Below, in pieces: positions 41,170 through 55,000 of a DNA stretch of 64,000 nucleotides (positions within the stretch are counted from its first letter, which is position 1; each line of letters opens with the position of its first letter). This DNA comes from Eledone cirrhosa. Taxonomy: Eukaryota. The DNA lies in the NCBI GenBank assembly GCA_964016885.1, contig OZ024753.1, positions 46,500,001-46,564,000 of the forward strand, written 5' to 3'. The translations under genes and the position numbers were made by a program. The notes under the pieces were generated by a model, which ran no database searches, had not been told where the DNA came from, and saw nothing but the letters and a program-made list of their open reading frames with translations.

Positions 41170-42252
41170 TGTTGGTGGTTGTGGTGGTGGTAGTGGTTCT
41201 GTTGGTGGTGTTGGTAGTAGTGTTGTTGATAGTGGTGGCTGTGGTAGTAGTGTTGTTGATAGTGGTGGTTGTGGTAGTAGTGTTGTTGATAGTGGTGGCT
41301 GTGGTAGTAGTGTTGTTGATAGTGGTGGTTGTGGTAGTAGTGTGGTTTGTAGTGGTGGTAGTGGTTCTGTTGGTGGTGTTGGTAGTAGTGTTGTTGATAG
41401 TGGTGGCTGTGGTAGTAGTGTTGTTGATAGTGGTGGTTGTGGTAGTAGTGTGGTTTGTAGTGGTGGTAGTGGTTCTGTTGGTGGTGTTGGTAGTAGTGTT
41501 GTTGATAGTGGTGGCTGTGGTAGTAGTGTTGTTGATAGTGGTGGTTGTGGTAGTAGTGTGGTTTGTAGTGGTGGTAGTGGTTCTGTTGGTGGTGTTGGTA
41601 GTAGTGTTGTTGATAGTGGTGGCTGTGGTAGTAGTGTTGTTGATAGTGGTGGTTGTGGTAGTAGTGTGGTTTGTAGTGGTGGTAGTGGTTCTGTTGGTGG
41701 TTGTGGTAGTAGTGTGGTTTGTAGTTGTGATAGTGGTAGTAGTGTGGTTTGTAGTGGTGGTAGTGGTTCTGTTGGTGGTTGTGGTAGTAGTGTGGTTTGT
41801 AGTGGTGGTAGTGGTTCTGTTGGTGGTTGTGGTAGTGGTGTGGTTTGTAGTGGTGGTAGTGATTCTGTTGGTGGTTGTGGTAGTGGTGTGGTTTGTAGTG
41901 GTGGTAGTGATTCTGTTGGTGGTTGTGGTAGTAGTGTGGTTTGTAGTGGTGGTAGTGGTTCTGTTGGTGGTTGTGGTAGTAGTGTGGTTTGTAGTGGTGG
42001 TAGTGGTTCTGTTGGTGGTTGTGGTAGTAGTGTGGTTTGTAGTGGTGGTAGTGGTTCTGTTGGTGGTTGTGGTAGTAGTGTGGTTTGTAGTGGTCGTAGT
42101 GGTTCTGTTGGTGATAGTGGTAGTTGTGTGGTTTGTAGTGGTGGTAGTGGTTCTGTTGGTGGTTGTGGTAGTAGTGTGGTTTGTAGTGGTCGTAGTGGTT
42201 CTGTTGGTGATAGTGGTAGTTGTGTGGTTTGTAGTGGTGGTAGTGGTTCTGT
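41170..42252. repeat. GGT/AGT-derived compound minisatellite
   Basis: Recurrent gtggtttgtagtggtggtagtggttctgttggtgg units. Confidence 0.93.
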
Positions 42253-42554
42253 AATTCATTGCTGTTGTTTTAATGGATATCACATGAGAGAGAATCCTGA
42301 GAACAAGGTTTTGACATACACCCCATACCCCTGCAGTGAGGATGTTTATGATGAGGATGATGTTTATGTCTATGATGATGATGATAGTGAACACCATGAT
42401 TGTTCTTATATAAGTCTTATATCTCAATGAAACCACATGTAACACATGTGGGAAATAATGCCAACATGAGGAATTACAGAGTGAATCAATAAATATAGAG
42501 AGAACAACACCGTAAGTAAGAAATTCATTACACTACAATTTAGTGTTTATGATA

Positions 42555-42790
42555 ATTGCTGGGTGAAGAAATGCCAGGAAATCCCACAGGCTGGAAATCT
42601 CAGTTGAGGTAGACCAAAGAAGACCTGAGTGAATGTGGTGAGAGCTGATCTCAAACTACTGAGATTCACAGAGATGATGATGACAAAAAAAATGTGATAA
42701 GTGGCGAAATGCTGTGCTGAAAAGGACCTGTCCAGCCCATGCATGCATGGAAAAAATGAACATAAAAATGATAATGATGATGATGATGAC
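42555..42790 (+). mobile_element. RTE-type LINE 3' end with (GAT)n tail
   Basis: KKCQ...GRPKKT*VNVVRADLK motif followed by a short UTR and (tga)n. Confidence 0.75.
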
Positions 42791-43253
42791 AACAAACACC
42801 CATGAAAATATGAGACAAATGCAGCAAAACAAAAACAAAACAAACCTTTAGACATGAACTAAACAGAATAGAATGGTAAATCAGTAAATACAGACTGGAG
42901 TGTCTTTAAACATACAAGTGTCTGGTTCTGAAATAGGAACTATTTTAGAACCTAGCAGACAGTTGTATGTTTAAAGTAATTAGTCAAGCCCAGAAATATA
43001 TATACCTATGAATGCAAGCATGAATATAAATATATATATGTATATATGTGTTCATATGTATATACATATATGTGTATATACATAAACATACATGCATATA
43101 AATGTAGAGAGAGAGAGTAATGTTAGGTGGTGTGTGGCAAGACTGTGGGAAGTAATGTATGTTTATGAATGTTTTATGACTATATTTTTCTTTATCCAAG
43201 TGATAAACAGTGTTTTATTAGTTCTGACAATCATACTTTATTAATGTATACAT

Positions 43254-43290
<37 letters not shown>

Positions 43291-43732
43291 ACTCTTAAAA
43301 GAAATAGTATAAGCTCCACAATTCCTTCCCGCCCTAATTTCTCCCTCCCCTCCTCTCCTTGTCTTCCAGTATTTCTTACCACTTTCCCCCTCTCAAGAAT
43401 TTGTCTCAATGACTCAATGTAGTAGAGTTCACCTCCTTAGCAGATTTGGGAAACATATTGAAATTCTTGACATAAATATTCCTTCTGATTTGACATTTAG
43501 CAGGTCAGCTGATGAACTGTAAAAAGTTGTTTTGGTTGGAAGTGTACCAAGGACCAGGTCAATATGGTGCTTGTTTCCAATTCTCTATTAACAGATGGAA
43601 TTGCTGAGCAATGCTGGCAGCTTCCATTTCTGCCAAAACATGTTGAGAACTAAATTGTAAATCTATGAGAAACAAAGTAAAAAATCATTTCAAATTCATC
43701 AATGTAGTCTTGTCAGCTTTCTCTCTCACTCA

Positions 43733-43815
<83 letters not shown>

Positions 43816-43816
43816 C

Positions 43817-43870
<54 letters not shown>

Positions 43871-44054
43871 ATATATATATGTATATATATGTATGTATAT
43901 ATAGTCCTATACGAGCGAGACGACCAATCTTGCCTCAAGTGGGACAATTCCCGTCTAAACCCATGCTAGCATGGAAGGTAGACGTTAAACGATGATGATG
44001 ATGATGATGATGATGATGATAATATATATATATATATATATATATCTGTGTGTG

Positions 44055-44320
44055 TGAAGGCGTGTGGCTGAGTGGTTAGAGAATTGGATTCACAATCTTG
44101 AGATTGTGAGTTCGATTCCTGGACCGGGCAATGCGTTATGTCCTTGAGCAAGACACTTTACTTCACGTTGCTCCCTCTACCTGGAGTTGCAAACGATAGA
44201 TAGTATTAGCAACTGGAAAGTTTCTTTGGTCCGATTTGATGAAAGTTGATCGATCCTTCATATATACATATGTGTGTGGGTGGGTGATAGGAAGGGCATC
44301 CAGCCATAGAGAAACTACCA
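44055..44320 (+). mobile_element. tRNA-derived SINE
   Basis: A-box TGGCTGAGTGG and B-box GAGTTCGATTCC, followed by tgtccttgagcaagacacttta. Confidence 0.85.
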
Positions 44321-45317
44321 ATAATTGGGAAGACTCTTCAACTGTCTCAAAGACACGACAACCTCCCTAGTGTTGGTGCCACACCAAAGTGTACTCTGTA
44401 GAACATGAGAACATATGTAAGGGAGTTGGAGGCTGCTGGCCCATTCAAGAAGTATGTGGCTCTTCTTGATGATGGAGATGGTGATGATGATGATGGAAAT
44501 GAAGATGATGGAGATGGTGATAATGATGATGATGGAGATGGTGATAATGATGATGATGGAGATGGTGATGAAGATGATGGTGATGATGAAGATGATGGTG
44601 ATGATGATGGAAATGGAGATCATGATGATGATGGAGATGATGATGATGACGAATGATGTAGACATGATATTCTGTTGTAAATATATATGTTGTTGGTGTG
44701 TGTAAGACATGTAGCAGTACACAAGTTCAATATGTACTGAGGCCAGAGATATATGGCTATCTAATTCACATTGATGTTTTCAAACACATACACCCACATA
44801 ACAGCTAGTGCCTAGATGTGTGTGTACGTGTGTGTTGGTGTCAGATGATTGATGTAATAATGTGTGTCAACACATGCTGATGGCTTTATAGGAACGGAAG
44901 CTGTTAAGGGTGCTCCAGTATTGATTAGTCTCTATGGCTTTATAGCATACATGTCTATATACACAACACATACATCAGTGTGTATATATACATATATATG
45001 TAGAGAGAGAGAGAGGAACATAGACAAATACATACATACATAGATACATACATACACAGACATATATACACACATACATATTTACATACATACACACATA
45101 CATAAATATACACATATAAACATACACCTACAGACATAAATACACATATATACACACACACCTACATTACCTATATCAGTCATTGAACTTCTTAACTCCA
45201 TGGCCACATTCGATGCTATTTACTTTAAACTTTGGTAGATACTGGCTTCTCCAAGAACTGTTTTGAGAAGCCAGTATTGGTTAAATTCTAAAATATATGG
45301 TCATGATTAATAATAGT

Positions 45318-45505
45318 AATAATTGTTTCTACTTTTGGCACAAGGCCAGCAATTACCCAGTACATTACTGGTACTTTATTTTATCGACCCTGTAAGGTTG
45401 AAAGGCAAAGTTAACCTCGGCCGGATTTGAACTAAGACCATAAAGGGCCGTAACTCTTTGCTGCAAAGCATGGTGACCGACCCTCTACCGATACTGCCAA
45501 TAATA
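45318..45505. mobile_element. Short interspersed repeat in an (AAT)n context; copy at 52812-52985
   Basis: aattgtttctacttttggca...gaaaggcaa.gttaacctcggc is shared; decayed relatives near 9750-9990 and 16795-16890. Confidence 0.8.
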
Positions 45506-45844
45506 TAGAAACATGTCTGACTATATATCTTATTCAATTAACTTTTTCATAAATCATATTTATTATATAAATTGTATTTATATGTCTAAGATATCTTTTA
45601 TAAATAAATTAAGTTTTGGTAATTCTTCATTTTAAAATCACACACAACTTTCAGTAGTTTCACTGAGCAAAAATGACATTTTTTTTTTCTTTTATCAATT
45701 TATGAACATATATATGTTATCTACACTTTTAAAAATATCTCTCTGCAAAATATACATTATTAAGATTGTTATGGGAAAACAATCTAATTTTCTATTGTCT
45801 ATCTACCTGTCTGTCTGTTTTTCCCTTACACTGTGTTTATATAT

Positions 45845-46150
45845 CATCATCATCATCATCATTTTACGTCTGTTTTTCCCTGCTTGCAAGGGTGGGACGG
45901 GAACTGATTCTGGCTTAATTTCTACAGCTGGATGCCCTTCCTAACACCAACCTCATTTAAAGTGAGTGCCGGGTGCTTTTTTGCCGTGACACCTCCACGA
46001 CCACTTTGCAGTGGAATGATAGGGGCCCCAGTCCCTATCATCTCATTTCTACAGCTGAGTAAACTGGAGGAATGTGAAATAAAGTGTCTAGCCCAAGGAA
46101 ACAACACATCACCCAGATTGCAAGGCCAATGCTCTAACCACTAAGCCATG
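45845..46150 (-). mobile_element. tRNA-derived SINE
   Basis: Minus strand head tggcttagtggttagagc; (GAT)n tail. Confidence 0.82.
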
Positions 46151-48477
46151 TACCTATATATCATCATCATCATCATCATCATTTTACGTCCGTTTTTCCC
46201 TGCTTGCAGAAGGGATATTCAATTTTTTGGCAATTCAACAAATTTCCAAGGGAAACTTGAACCGCTAAGGTATATTCTCCTTGGTTATGTTAAAATTTAG
46301 AAAACCCACCTCGTGTTTTATCTGATGTTAGCATACCAAAATGTTGGTACCCTTGAAATATATATAAAAGAATAAATATGATTTTATAAATATAGTTTCC
46401 ATTTATTTAATATCATTGTATATATATATAATAGAAAAGAAAAATCAGTGATGCATCTGAACTCAATTTATTGTGTGTTACAATTGTTTCGTCGGTGGAC
46501 AGCTCGAGACGCGATCATTGTGTGGATCTGTCTGATTCTGGACCCGCAGGTTCGACGGACGCGTCTAATGATTTCAGAGCATATTTTCTCATATATATAT
46601 ATATATATACACCATCATTTTACGTCCGCTTTTCCCTGCTTGCAAGGGATATATATATATATATATTGAGTTGAAGATGGAGTACATATTGAGCTGGATA
46701 CTGAGTACATATTGAGCCAAGGAGAGATTGCCTACAGAATGAAAGGTCTTCTATTGACCCAAGGAAGTCGTACATATTGAACTGAGGATTGTGTACATGC
46801 TAAATCAAGGATTAAGTACATATTAAGCTAAGGATCAATCACCAATTGATAAAAGGATCTTCTATTGAGCCAAGGAGAGAGTACCTATTGAGCCTTGGAG
46901 GGAGTTTATATTGAAAGAAAAATCCTGTTAAACCAAGGAGGGATTCCCTATTGAACTTTGGAGAAAGAGCTACAATTGGACAAAGAGCGTTTATTGAGAT
47001 TTGGCTTCTATTTCTAACAGATCAAGAGACCCTGATATAGTATCAATTCAAGAGTCTGGGGAATATTGCAGTAGAATAAGATGATAATAACCTCTTCTTA
47101 GATCAGTCTACTAATAAAGAAATTAACTCTACATTCAATTTAAATAATAAAATTGTTCAGTGAAATTGTTGGCCAGTTGATGTAGTTTATTGTGTAAAGT
47201 ATCTTTGAAGTTGATGTTTTATTGTTAAACCTGCATAGGATTGGTTGAGGCCTGGATTACAACTGAAATGGGGTTTTTGAAATGTTGTCAATAAATTGAG
47301 AGTCAATATAAATATCACACTTTTTTATAGTTTCATCTTTGTATAGTCTTTACAAACAGTGATAATAGAGTTGTTAGCTAAAGAAGGATAACAAGGAGTG
47401 ACCACAGAGAGATAGAGAGAGATACAGAGGCTGGGTGGAAGTATGTGTGTGGTGGTGAGAGAGTGTGTGTGATGGTGAAAGAGAGAGAGAGAGTGGAGAC
47501 ATGTGGTAAACATGAAAACAGTGGTAAACATGAACGCAGACACAACGATAATGAGAATGTTAATATAAGTGTGGTGATAATAGTGTTGATGATGATGATG
47601 GTAGTAGTGTTGGTAGTCACGGTGATGGTGGTGTTGATGATGACGGGGGTATTGATGGAGGTGGTAAAGGTGGTGAGGGTAGTGTTGATGGTGGTGGTGG
47701 TGATGGTAGTATTGGTGGTTGCGGTGATGATAGTATCAATGGTATGGTGATGGTGGAACTGGTAGTCTCAATGGTATGGTGCTGGCAGTTGTAATGATAG
47801 TATCAATGGTATGGTGATGGTGGAACTGGTAGTCTCAATGGTATGGTGCTGGTGGAGCTGGTAGTCTACAAAAGGTCAGTGTGGTTGGTGGTGATCAATG
47901 CATGTGAACTGTAAACAGGTCTTCTGTAATCATTGTTGCACTTGTCTGCTGCAATATATGGTTGCATCACTGCAAAAAGTAGTGAAGCATTCTTAATCCT
48001 TTTTTCCTTACAATTTGAAGTCATGCAAGGAGATATAAGCGGCAGATTAGAAAATAGAAAGCAAACAACAGCAACATCAACACCACCAACTACAACACCA
48101 CCAACAGCAACATCAACTACAACAACATCATCAACACCAACATCACTATTGCAAACTCTACCATCACCACCAACAACAACTCTACTGAAATGACTACCAC
48201 ATCACCAATACACCAGCCAGTAACTACCACCTATACACCAGCAATAACTGCTTTATCAAAGCAAAGACCACCACTACTACCACCTATACAACAGTAACTC
48301 TATCAATATGTCACACCAACAAGGCTAAAAGTATATAACCTCTACAACCATTACCACCTCCACCTCCATCCCATCTACAACCATTACCGCCTCCACCCAC
48401 TCCCCTCTACAACCATTACCACAACACATACATACACACAACACACAAAGACATACATCCACATACATCAGTATATA

Positions 48478-49012
48478 TACATACAACCACACACATACAC
48501 ACCTATAAACATATAACCACACACATACATACAAACCTATAAACATACAACCACACACATACACACCTATAAACATATAACCACACACATACATACACAC
48601 CTATAAACATACAACCACATACATACAAACCTATAAACATATAACCACACACATACATACACACCTATAAACATATAACCACACACATACATACACACCT
48701 ATAAACATATAACCACACACATACATACAAACCTATAAACATACAACCACACACATACACACCTATAAACATATAACCACACACATACATACAAACCTAT
48801 AAACATATAACCACACACATACATACAAACCTATAAACATACAACCACACACATACACACCTATAAACATATAACCACACACATACATACAAACCTATAA
48901 ACATACAACCACACACATACACACCTATAAACATATAACCACACACATACATACACACCTATAAACATATAGCCACACACATACATATACATAGAAACAT
49001 ATAAGCACACAC
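48478..49012. repeat. About 30-34-bp minisatellite (CCTATAAACATATAACCACACACATACATACA)
   Basis: Direct inspection. Confidence 0.93.
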
Positions 49013-49660
49013 ATAAAGAGTGATAGAGAATGTGTGTGAGGTGGTTTCTCTGAGTTTTATTATATCCAGTATTGAGAATCAGAAGCTATGGTAGACAGGG
49101 AATTTTCCACAGGAACTACACAGAATGGTTCATACAACTCTAATATGTGTGTGTAATTGTCTGTTGTTTGTGCATGTAACTGTGTGTATCTGTGTGTGTA
49201 CGTATTTGTGTATATATTTGTGTGTGAATCTGTATGCATTTATGTGTGTGTATCTGTGGACATTTGTGTGTGTGTGATTGTGTGGTGGGGTGTGAGGTTA
49301 TAATATAACATAGGAACTACATTCAATGGTTTAATAGAAACTAGACTAGCATATGTGTGTGTGCGTTATGTAACAGGAACTGTATGTGTTTGTGTATATG
49401 TGTGTGTGTGTGTGTATTTGTATGCACTTGCATGTGTGTGTCTGTGTATGTGTAGTGTAACATCGGAATTATATATAATGGCTTAATGGAAACTATACTA
49501 GCATGTGTGTGTGAATAAGAGAGGTGCTATATAGAAGGGTTTAATACTAACTAGATCTGTGTATATATATGTATGTAAAAGGTAAACAGAAATAACGACA
49601 CAATTCTTACAGAATATGGAAGGGATATATTAGGTTAACACTTGATATAACAGGAAGAGA

Positions 49661-49850
49661 ATGTTAACGTTTCAGATGCTAGTCCTTCATCAGAAGAAAG
49701 AATGAGAAATAAGATAGATTGAGGGGATGGGCGGGTTGGAATTGGAAAAAATGTCTCTAGATAAAAATAACAGGTCCATTCATGTTGACATCTCTTGCAA
49801 AACTGTTGGTGCTGGATGATGGAGCGAGTCTACCTGAAATATAGATGTGT
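49661..49850 (-). mobile_element. Penelope-like 3' remnant with a minimal HHR-like motif (49661-49698)
   Basis: Minus strand CTGATGA-AGGACTAGCATCT-GAAACGTT; upstream decayed HLYFR.DSLH resembles the C-terminus of PLE GIY-YIG ORFs (weak). Confidence 0.5.
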
Positions 49851-49857
49851 GTACAGT

Positions 49858-50100
49858 GAAGGTCGGTAGCTTAGTGGTTACATAATTGAATTCAGACCCG
49901 TGAGGTTGCAAACTCCCCTCCAAAACTAAGCAATGTATTATGTCCTTCAGCAAGACACTTTATTTCATGTTGCTCTTTCTGCCAGGAGTTGCACTGGTAG
50001 ATAGTATCAGTAATGGAAAGACCAATGAAAACATTGTTTCCTTGGTTTGATTTGATGAGGTCCACCTCACTCAGTAAGCAAGCGAGGTCTGGGATCTTGT
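49858..50100 (+). mobile_element. Decayed tRNA-derived SINE
   Basis: tagcttagtggtta head and tgtccttcagcaagacacttta body. Confidence 0.65.
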
Positions 50101-50228
50101 TGATTGAGTTAAAAATAAAATGTGTGTATATCATAGCGTAGCATAGGAACTACTTCAATAGTTTAACAGAGACTAGATGCGGGTGTTTGTGGGATGTTAA
50201 AACCTTTGTTTCCACAGTAATGTAACCT

Positions 50229-50600
50229 AACTTCCACTTCAATCTCTTCCTCACTTCCACATCTAACCATTTGTACTTCTACAGATAAACTTCCACTTCA
50301 ATCTCTTCCTCACTTCCACATCTAACCATTTGTACTTCCACAGATAAACTTCCACTTCAATCTCTTCCTCACTTCCACATCTAATCATTTGTACTTCCAC
50401 AGATAAACTTCCACTTCAATCTCTTCCTCACTTCCACATCTAACCATTTGTACTTCCACAGATAAACTTCCACTTCAACCTCTTCCTCACTTCCACATCT
50501 AACCATTTGTACTTCCACAGATAAACTTTCTCTTGAATCTCTTCCTCACTTCCACATCTATCCATTTGTAGTTCCACAGATAAACTTCCACTTCAATCTC
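50229..50600. repeat. 59-bp tandem repeat x6
   Basis: aacttccacttcaatctc at 50229, 50288 and onward. Confidence 0.95.
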
Positions 50601-51064
50601 TATATAATGGCTGTAAACTTCTTTCATATAATCTACACAAATACTTCTTAATATTCTTGAGTAAAGTAATTAACCCTTTTATGTGTAGATAAATGGTCAG
50701 CTTGTTGTGGTGGTGCCACGATAGAATGCACATTGTCCCTTTTATAAAGTGTTGGTGCCCCCAATAAAATGTACCCAGTCAACTCTGTAAAGTGGTAGTG
50801 CTGTTGAACCATAAAATGCAGCCAACACAAGTGGATTGTTTTAGGAAAGGTATCCAGCTACAGGAACCATGCCAAATATGGGACATAGCAACAAGATGAG
50901 GTCACACTGACCTGTTTAGTCTCAAACTTTGACAACCCAACCAACCCAGGCCAGCATGAAAGCAGAGGTAAACATAATGATTATGATGATATGTGTATAC
51001 ATATATGTGAGTGTATGTATAAATATATATATATAGTTATGTAATAAACAACATAAGATAATTA

Positions 51065-51125
51065 TTTCATTTACCAGTGGTTTCTTGAAAGCAAACAAAA
51101 TTTGCCTTCAATCATCAGAATGAAA
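51065..51125 (-). ncRNA. Type I hammerhead ribozyme, intact core, fully paired stems
   Basis: Minus strand TTTCATT-CTGATGA-TTGAAGGCAAA-ttttg-TTTGCTTTCAA-GAA-ACCACTGGT-A-AATGAAA; predicted cleavage between 51072 and 51071. Confidence 0.88.
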
Positions 51126-51467
51126 AAATCCTGGTGTATTTATTGACATATATACCATCATCATCATCATCATCATCGTTTAACGTCCATGTTCCACGCT
51201 TGCCTGGGTTTGGACGGGAGTTTTCCCACTTGAGGCAAGAGTGGTTGTCTTGCTCGTATAGGACTGTCTGGCAGGTTTTCTACGGCTGGATGCCCTTCCT
51301 AACACCAACCACATTTACAGTGTGGGACTGGGAGGTTTTTACCGTGTTGCCTACACGGCCACATTACAGCGTGGACTGTGTGTTTTTTTGTTGTGACACC
51401 TACACGATCTCATTTGTTTCAGCCTGGATGTTGTGGCACCAACGTAACTTATATATATATATATATA

Positions 51468-51500
<33 letters not shown>

Positions 51501-51517
51501 TTATATATATATAAATG

Positions 51518-51571
<54 letters not shown>

Positions 51572-52016
51572 AAGAGACCATCACAGACACTGTATAAACC
51601 GTTCCAAATTTATATATATGGGGATACACAATAAATTTACAACACTCACACATGTCCCCCGTTCTCTATTATATATTTTCTAATCTATCTACTTCTACTC
51701 TCCTGAAAAGAGAGTAATAGCCCTGAAATATCATACTAAAATACACTGGGTAAAACATTACTTTGTTTTGTTTGTCACCTTTTGCCCTTTGCACGTTTCT
51801 ACCATATTTTACCAACTTAAAAAAAAAATCATTAGTCTTTTACTACATATTTTACAATGCTTCATATTTACTACACTTCTATATATGTATATATAGTTAT
51901 ACATAAATACTCAGGTTTACACAACAAACAGGTGTTCACTATATTTAATCAGCATACCAAGATATTTTTTTAGAAATATTTATACATCTGTAAATGCATA
52001 CATACGTACATGCATA

Positions 52017-55000
52017 GTCAGTCAACGCGATCAGTCGCACATTTTGGTGTCGGAGACTATTCATTAAATTTAAGATGAATACTATCTCCGAGAGTAATGC
52101 CACAACTACAGTCATGTTGAATAACTGGGTATTTTTCAAACTATATCCACGGAAGACACCTTTTATTCGAATTCGTAGAGATATCCGACTAAATGCATAA
52201 TTCATTTTACAAGGATTTGCTACAAACAGCATGGTTGAACACAACATCAACAACAACAACATTAGTGATATACCGAAGAAAAACAACAACGAGAAAGGTA
52301 AACAAAATTTATTCAGTTGTAGCTACAGAAGAAACCGAAATTATAAATCGCATTTCTCTTGGAGTTGCGAACTTAATGAGGATTTGTTCAATTGTTATAA
52401 AATGGCAAAAAACAATCCCTCCATTGGCTATATGAACAGAATGAAGCTACACTGGGACGAAATGCACCCAGAGCTAAATTATTTCACAGCGAAACAATTA
52501 CGCCAACAAGCAACGTTTGTTGAACGTAAAAGTAATTGTCAGTCCCCCCCCCCCCCCCCACAACAAATATGTTATCAACAACATGTGCTACAGGTCGCCA
52601 TGCTACTAGACTTCCTAGCAGCCAGGTCGAACAGTGCCTTGAAACAACTATGCCTGTAAGAAACTTGATACCACGTGTACCATCTAAGTCTACCTCGAAT
52701 GCTGGGGAAAACACTATCGATAATAATAATAATAATCGAAAAAATTTGACACCACGTGTACCATCCAAGTCTACCTCGGCTATTGTGGAAAATACTATTG
52801 ATAATGATAATAATTGTTTCTACTTTTGGCATAAGGCCAGCAATTATCTCAGTGTATTACTGGTACTTTATTTTATCGAGCCCGTAAGGATGAAAGGCAA
52901 TGTTAACCTCGGCGGGATTCAAACTCAGAATGGCAAGGACTGTAACTCTATGCGTCCGACCCTCTACCAATACTGCCAATCATAATAATCAAAAGTCTAA
53001 AAATTGAAAATTTCCCTCAACAAAATCTTCCAGAGAGAAATTAATTCATGTCTAAACATTGCTCTTGCTGAACGTATTAAAACAACAATATTTAATTTTA
53101 AAAAAAGCAGATGAAATATTACGTGTGACTGACGAAATAGGGGATGAATATTTACGATGGATAAAAACCCCAACATTTTGGCAAATCAACGCCTGTTTAT
53201 ATGCTTTAGCAACGACAGTGACACATTATCTTGGTGATAGCAGAGATATTAACAAGAACAAAACACTTCCAAAAATAACTAAAATAGAAAAAAAGATTGC
53301 TGACCTACGAAAAACCATAGGTTATGTGGCAATGCTCCTTACATGCAAACAAACACAAAAAAACTTCACTCCTCACAAACAAAGAGTGAAAAATAAAATA
53401 GAGACGATGTTTGGTAACAGTAGAACCAGAATTCTTCAATATAAGCTGATCACCCTCAAACAAGAATTGAGAGCTGTTAGCGAAAAAAGCCAATACCTGA
53501 AGAAGGTAGATGAAAGAAAAGTGCTTAATAAAAGATTCAGACGAAACCAAACATCAGTCTATAATAAGTGTCACTGAGGCCCCATCCCAGAAAGACATAG
53601 ATTCCATTTGGAGAAAAATATGGGGGGAAAAGAAGAATTTCAACCAAAATGCAGTGTGGCTAAAAGAAATCCAAAAGAACTATTGCTCCTACACTACAAC
53701 AAAAACATACGAAATAAGTGAGGGTACCCTTGAGACTGTGATAGGAAAACTCCAAGATAAGAAAACACCAGGAAAAGACATGATTGTTGGCTACTGGTAC
53801 AAAAAACTGATATTCTATCGGAGATATCTTACCGACCTCTACCAACAAGTTCTTAAGGGAGATACACTTATACCAGAATGGTTGACATTAGCACAAACAT
53901 TACTAGTCCCCAAGAACAAAGACATTCTCCTGGCAAAAAACTACCGATCCATTGCATGCCAGAATCTAACGTATAAGATGTATACAGCCTGCCTGAACCT
54001 ATTCCTCCAAGATCACTGTGAAAATAATAACATCATCACAGATGAACAAGCAGCTGGAAAGAAAGGGGTTTGGGGATGTGTTGAACAACTAATCAACAAA
54101 ACTACGATGTCGGAGATGCGACAACTTAGGAGGAATATGGCTGCAGTCTGGATGGACTACAGGAAAGCTTTCGATTCTATTCCCTACTCTTGGATGATAG
54201 AGGCCTTCCAACTTGCTAAAGTCCCAGACATTATTATCAGAGCCATAGAGAAGCTGTCTTCTTGGGCTACTATCCTAAAGTTAAAGACAGAGAAGGAGGA
54301 CTCTATTTTCACTGATAAAATAAAATATCACAGGGGTATATTTCAGGGAGACAGTCTCTCTGTGATATTATTCATCCTGTCATTAAACCCCTTGCCCTTT
54401 CTGCTCAAGAAATGTGAAGGATACATAATTGGCTCACAGGAGGATAGAAATATGAACCTAACCCATAATTTCTTTGTGGATGATCTGAAACTCTATGCCA
54501 AGAAAATGGATGGGATGAAGAAAAATCTTGACTTGGTTACAAGATTCTCAAAGGATATAGGAATGGAGTTTGGCCAAGATAAATGGTCATATATGACTGT
54601 AAAGCGGGGAAAAACAACAACCCAATCTAGCAACATTTGTATCAATGGCCTAACTGTTTCACCAATATCTGATGAGGACTACTACAGATACCTAGGGATA
54701 GATGAGAACATATCCTATAATGGTATCTGTAATAAGGAACATGTAACCAGGGAATACTACACCCGATTAAGAAAGATATGGTCATCGGAACTCTCCGCGC
54801 AAAACAAAACAGAGGCTCACAATGTGTTTGCTGTGCCTGTCTTAACACCAACTTTTGGAATACTCAATTGGATGATAGACGAAATCCGAGCAATTGATGT
54901 TAGAACTCAAAAAATACTAAACAACACCAGAAACTTCCACATCAACAGTGACATAGACCGCCTTTACTTGAAACGTAAGCAGGGAGGCAGAGGCCTAACA

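Noticed and set aside
41342-42430. Gly/Cys/Ser-rich ORF with acidic tail
   Set aside because: Non-ATG start inside a GGT repeat; the tail is largely (GAT)-like low complexity.
44405-44722. Asp-rich and Met-rich ORFs
   Set aside because: Derived from a (GAT)n microsatellite.
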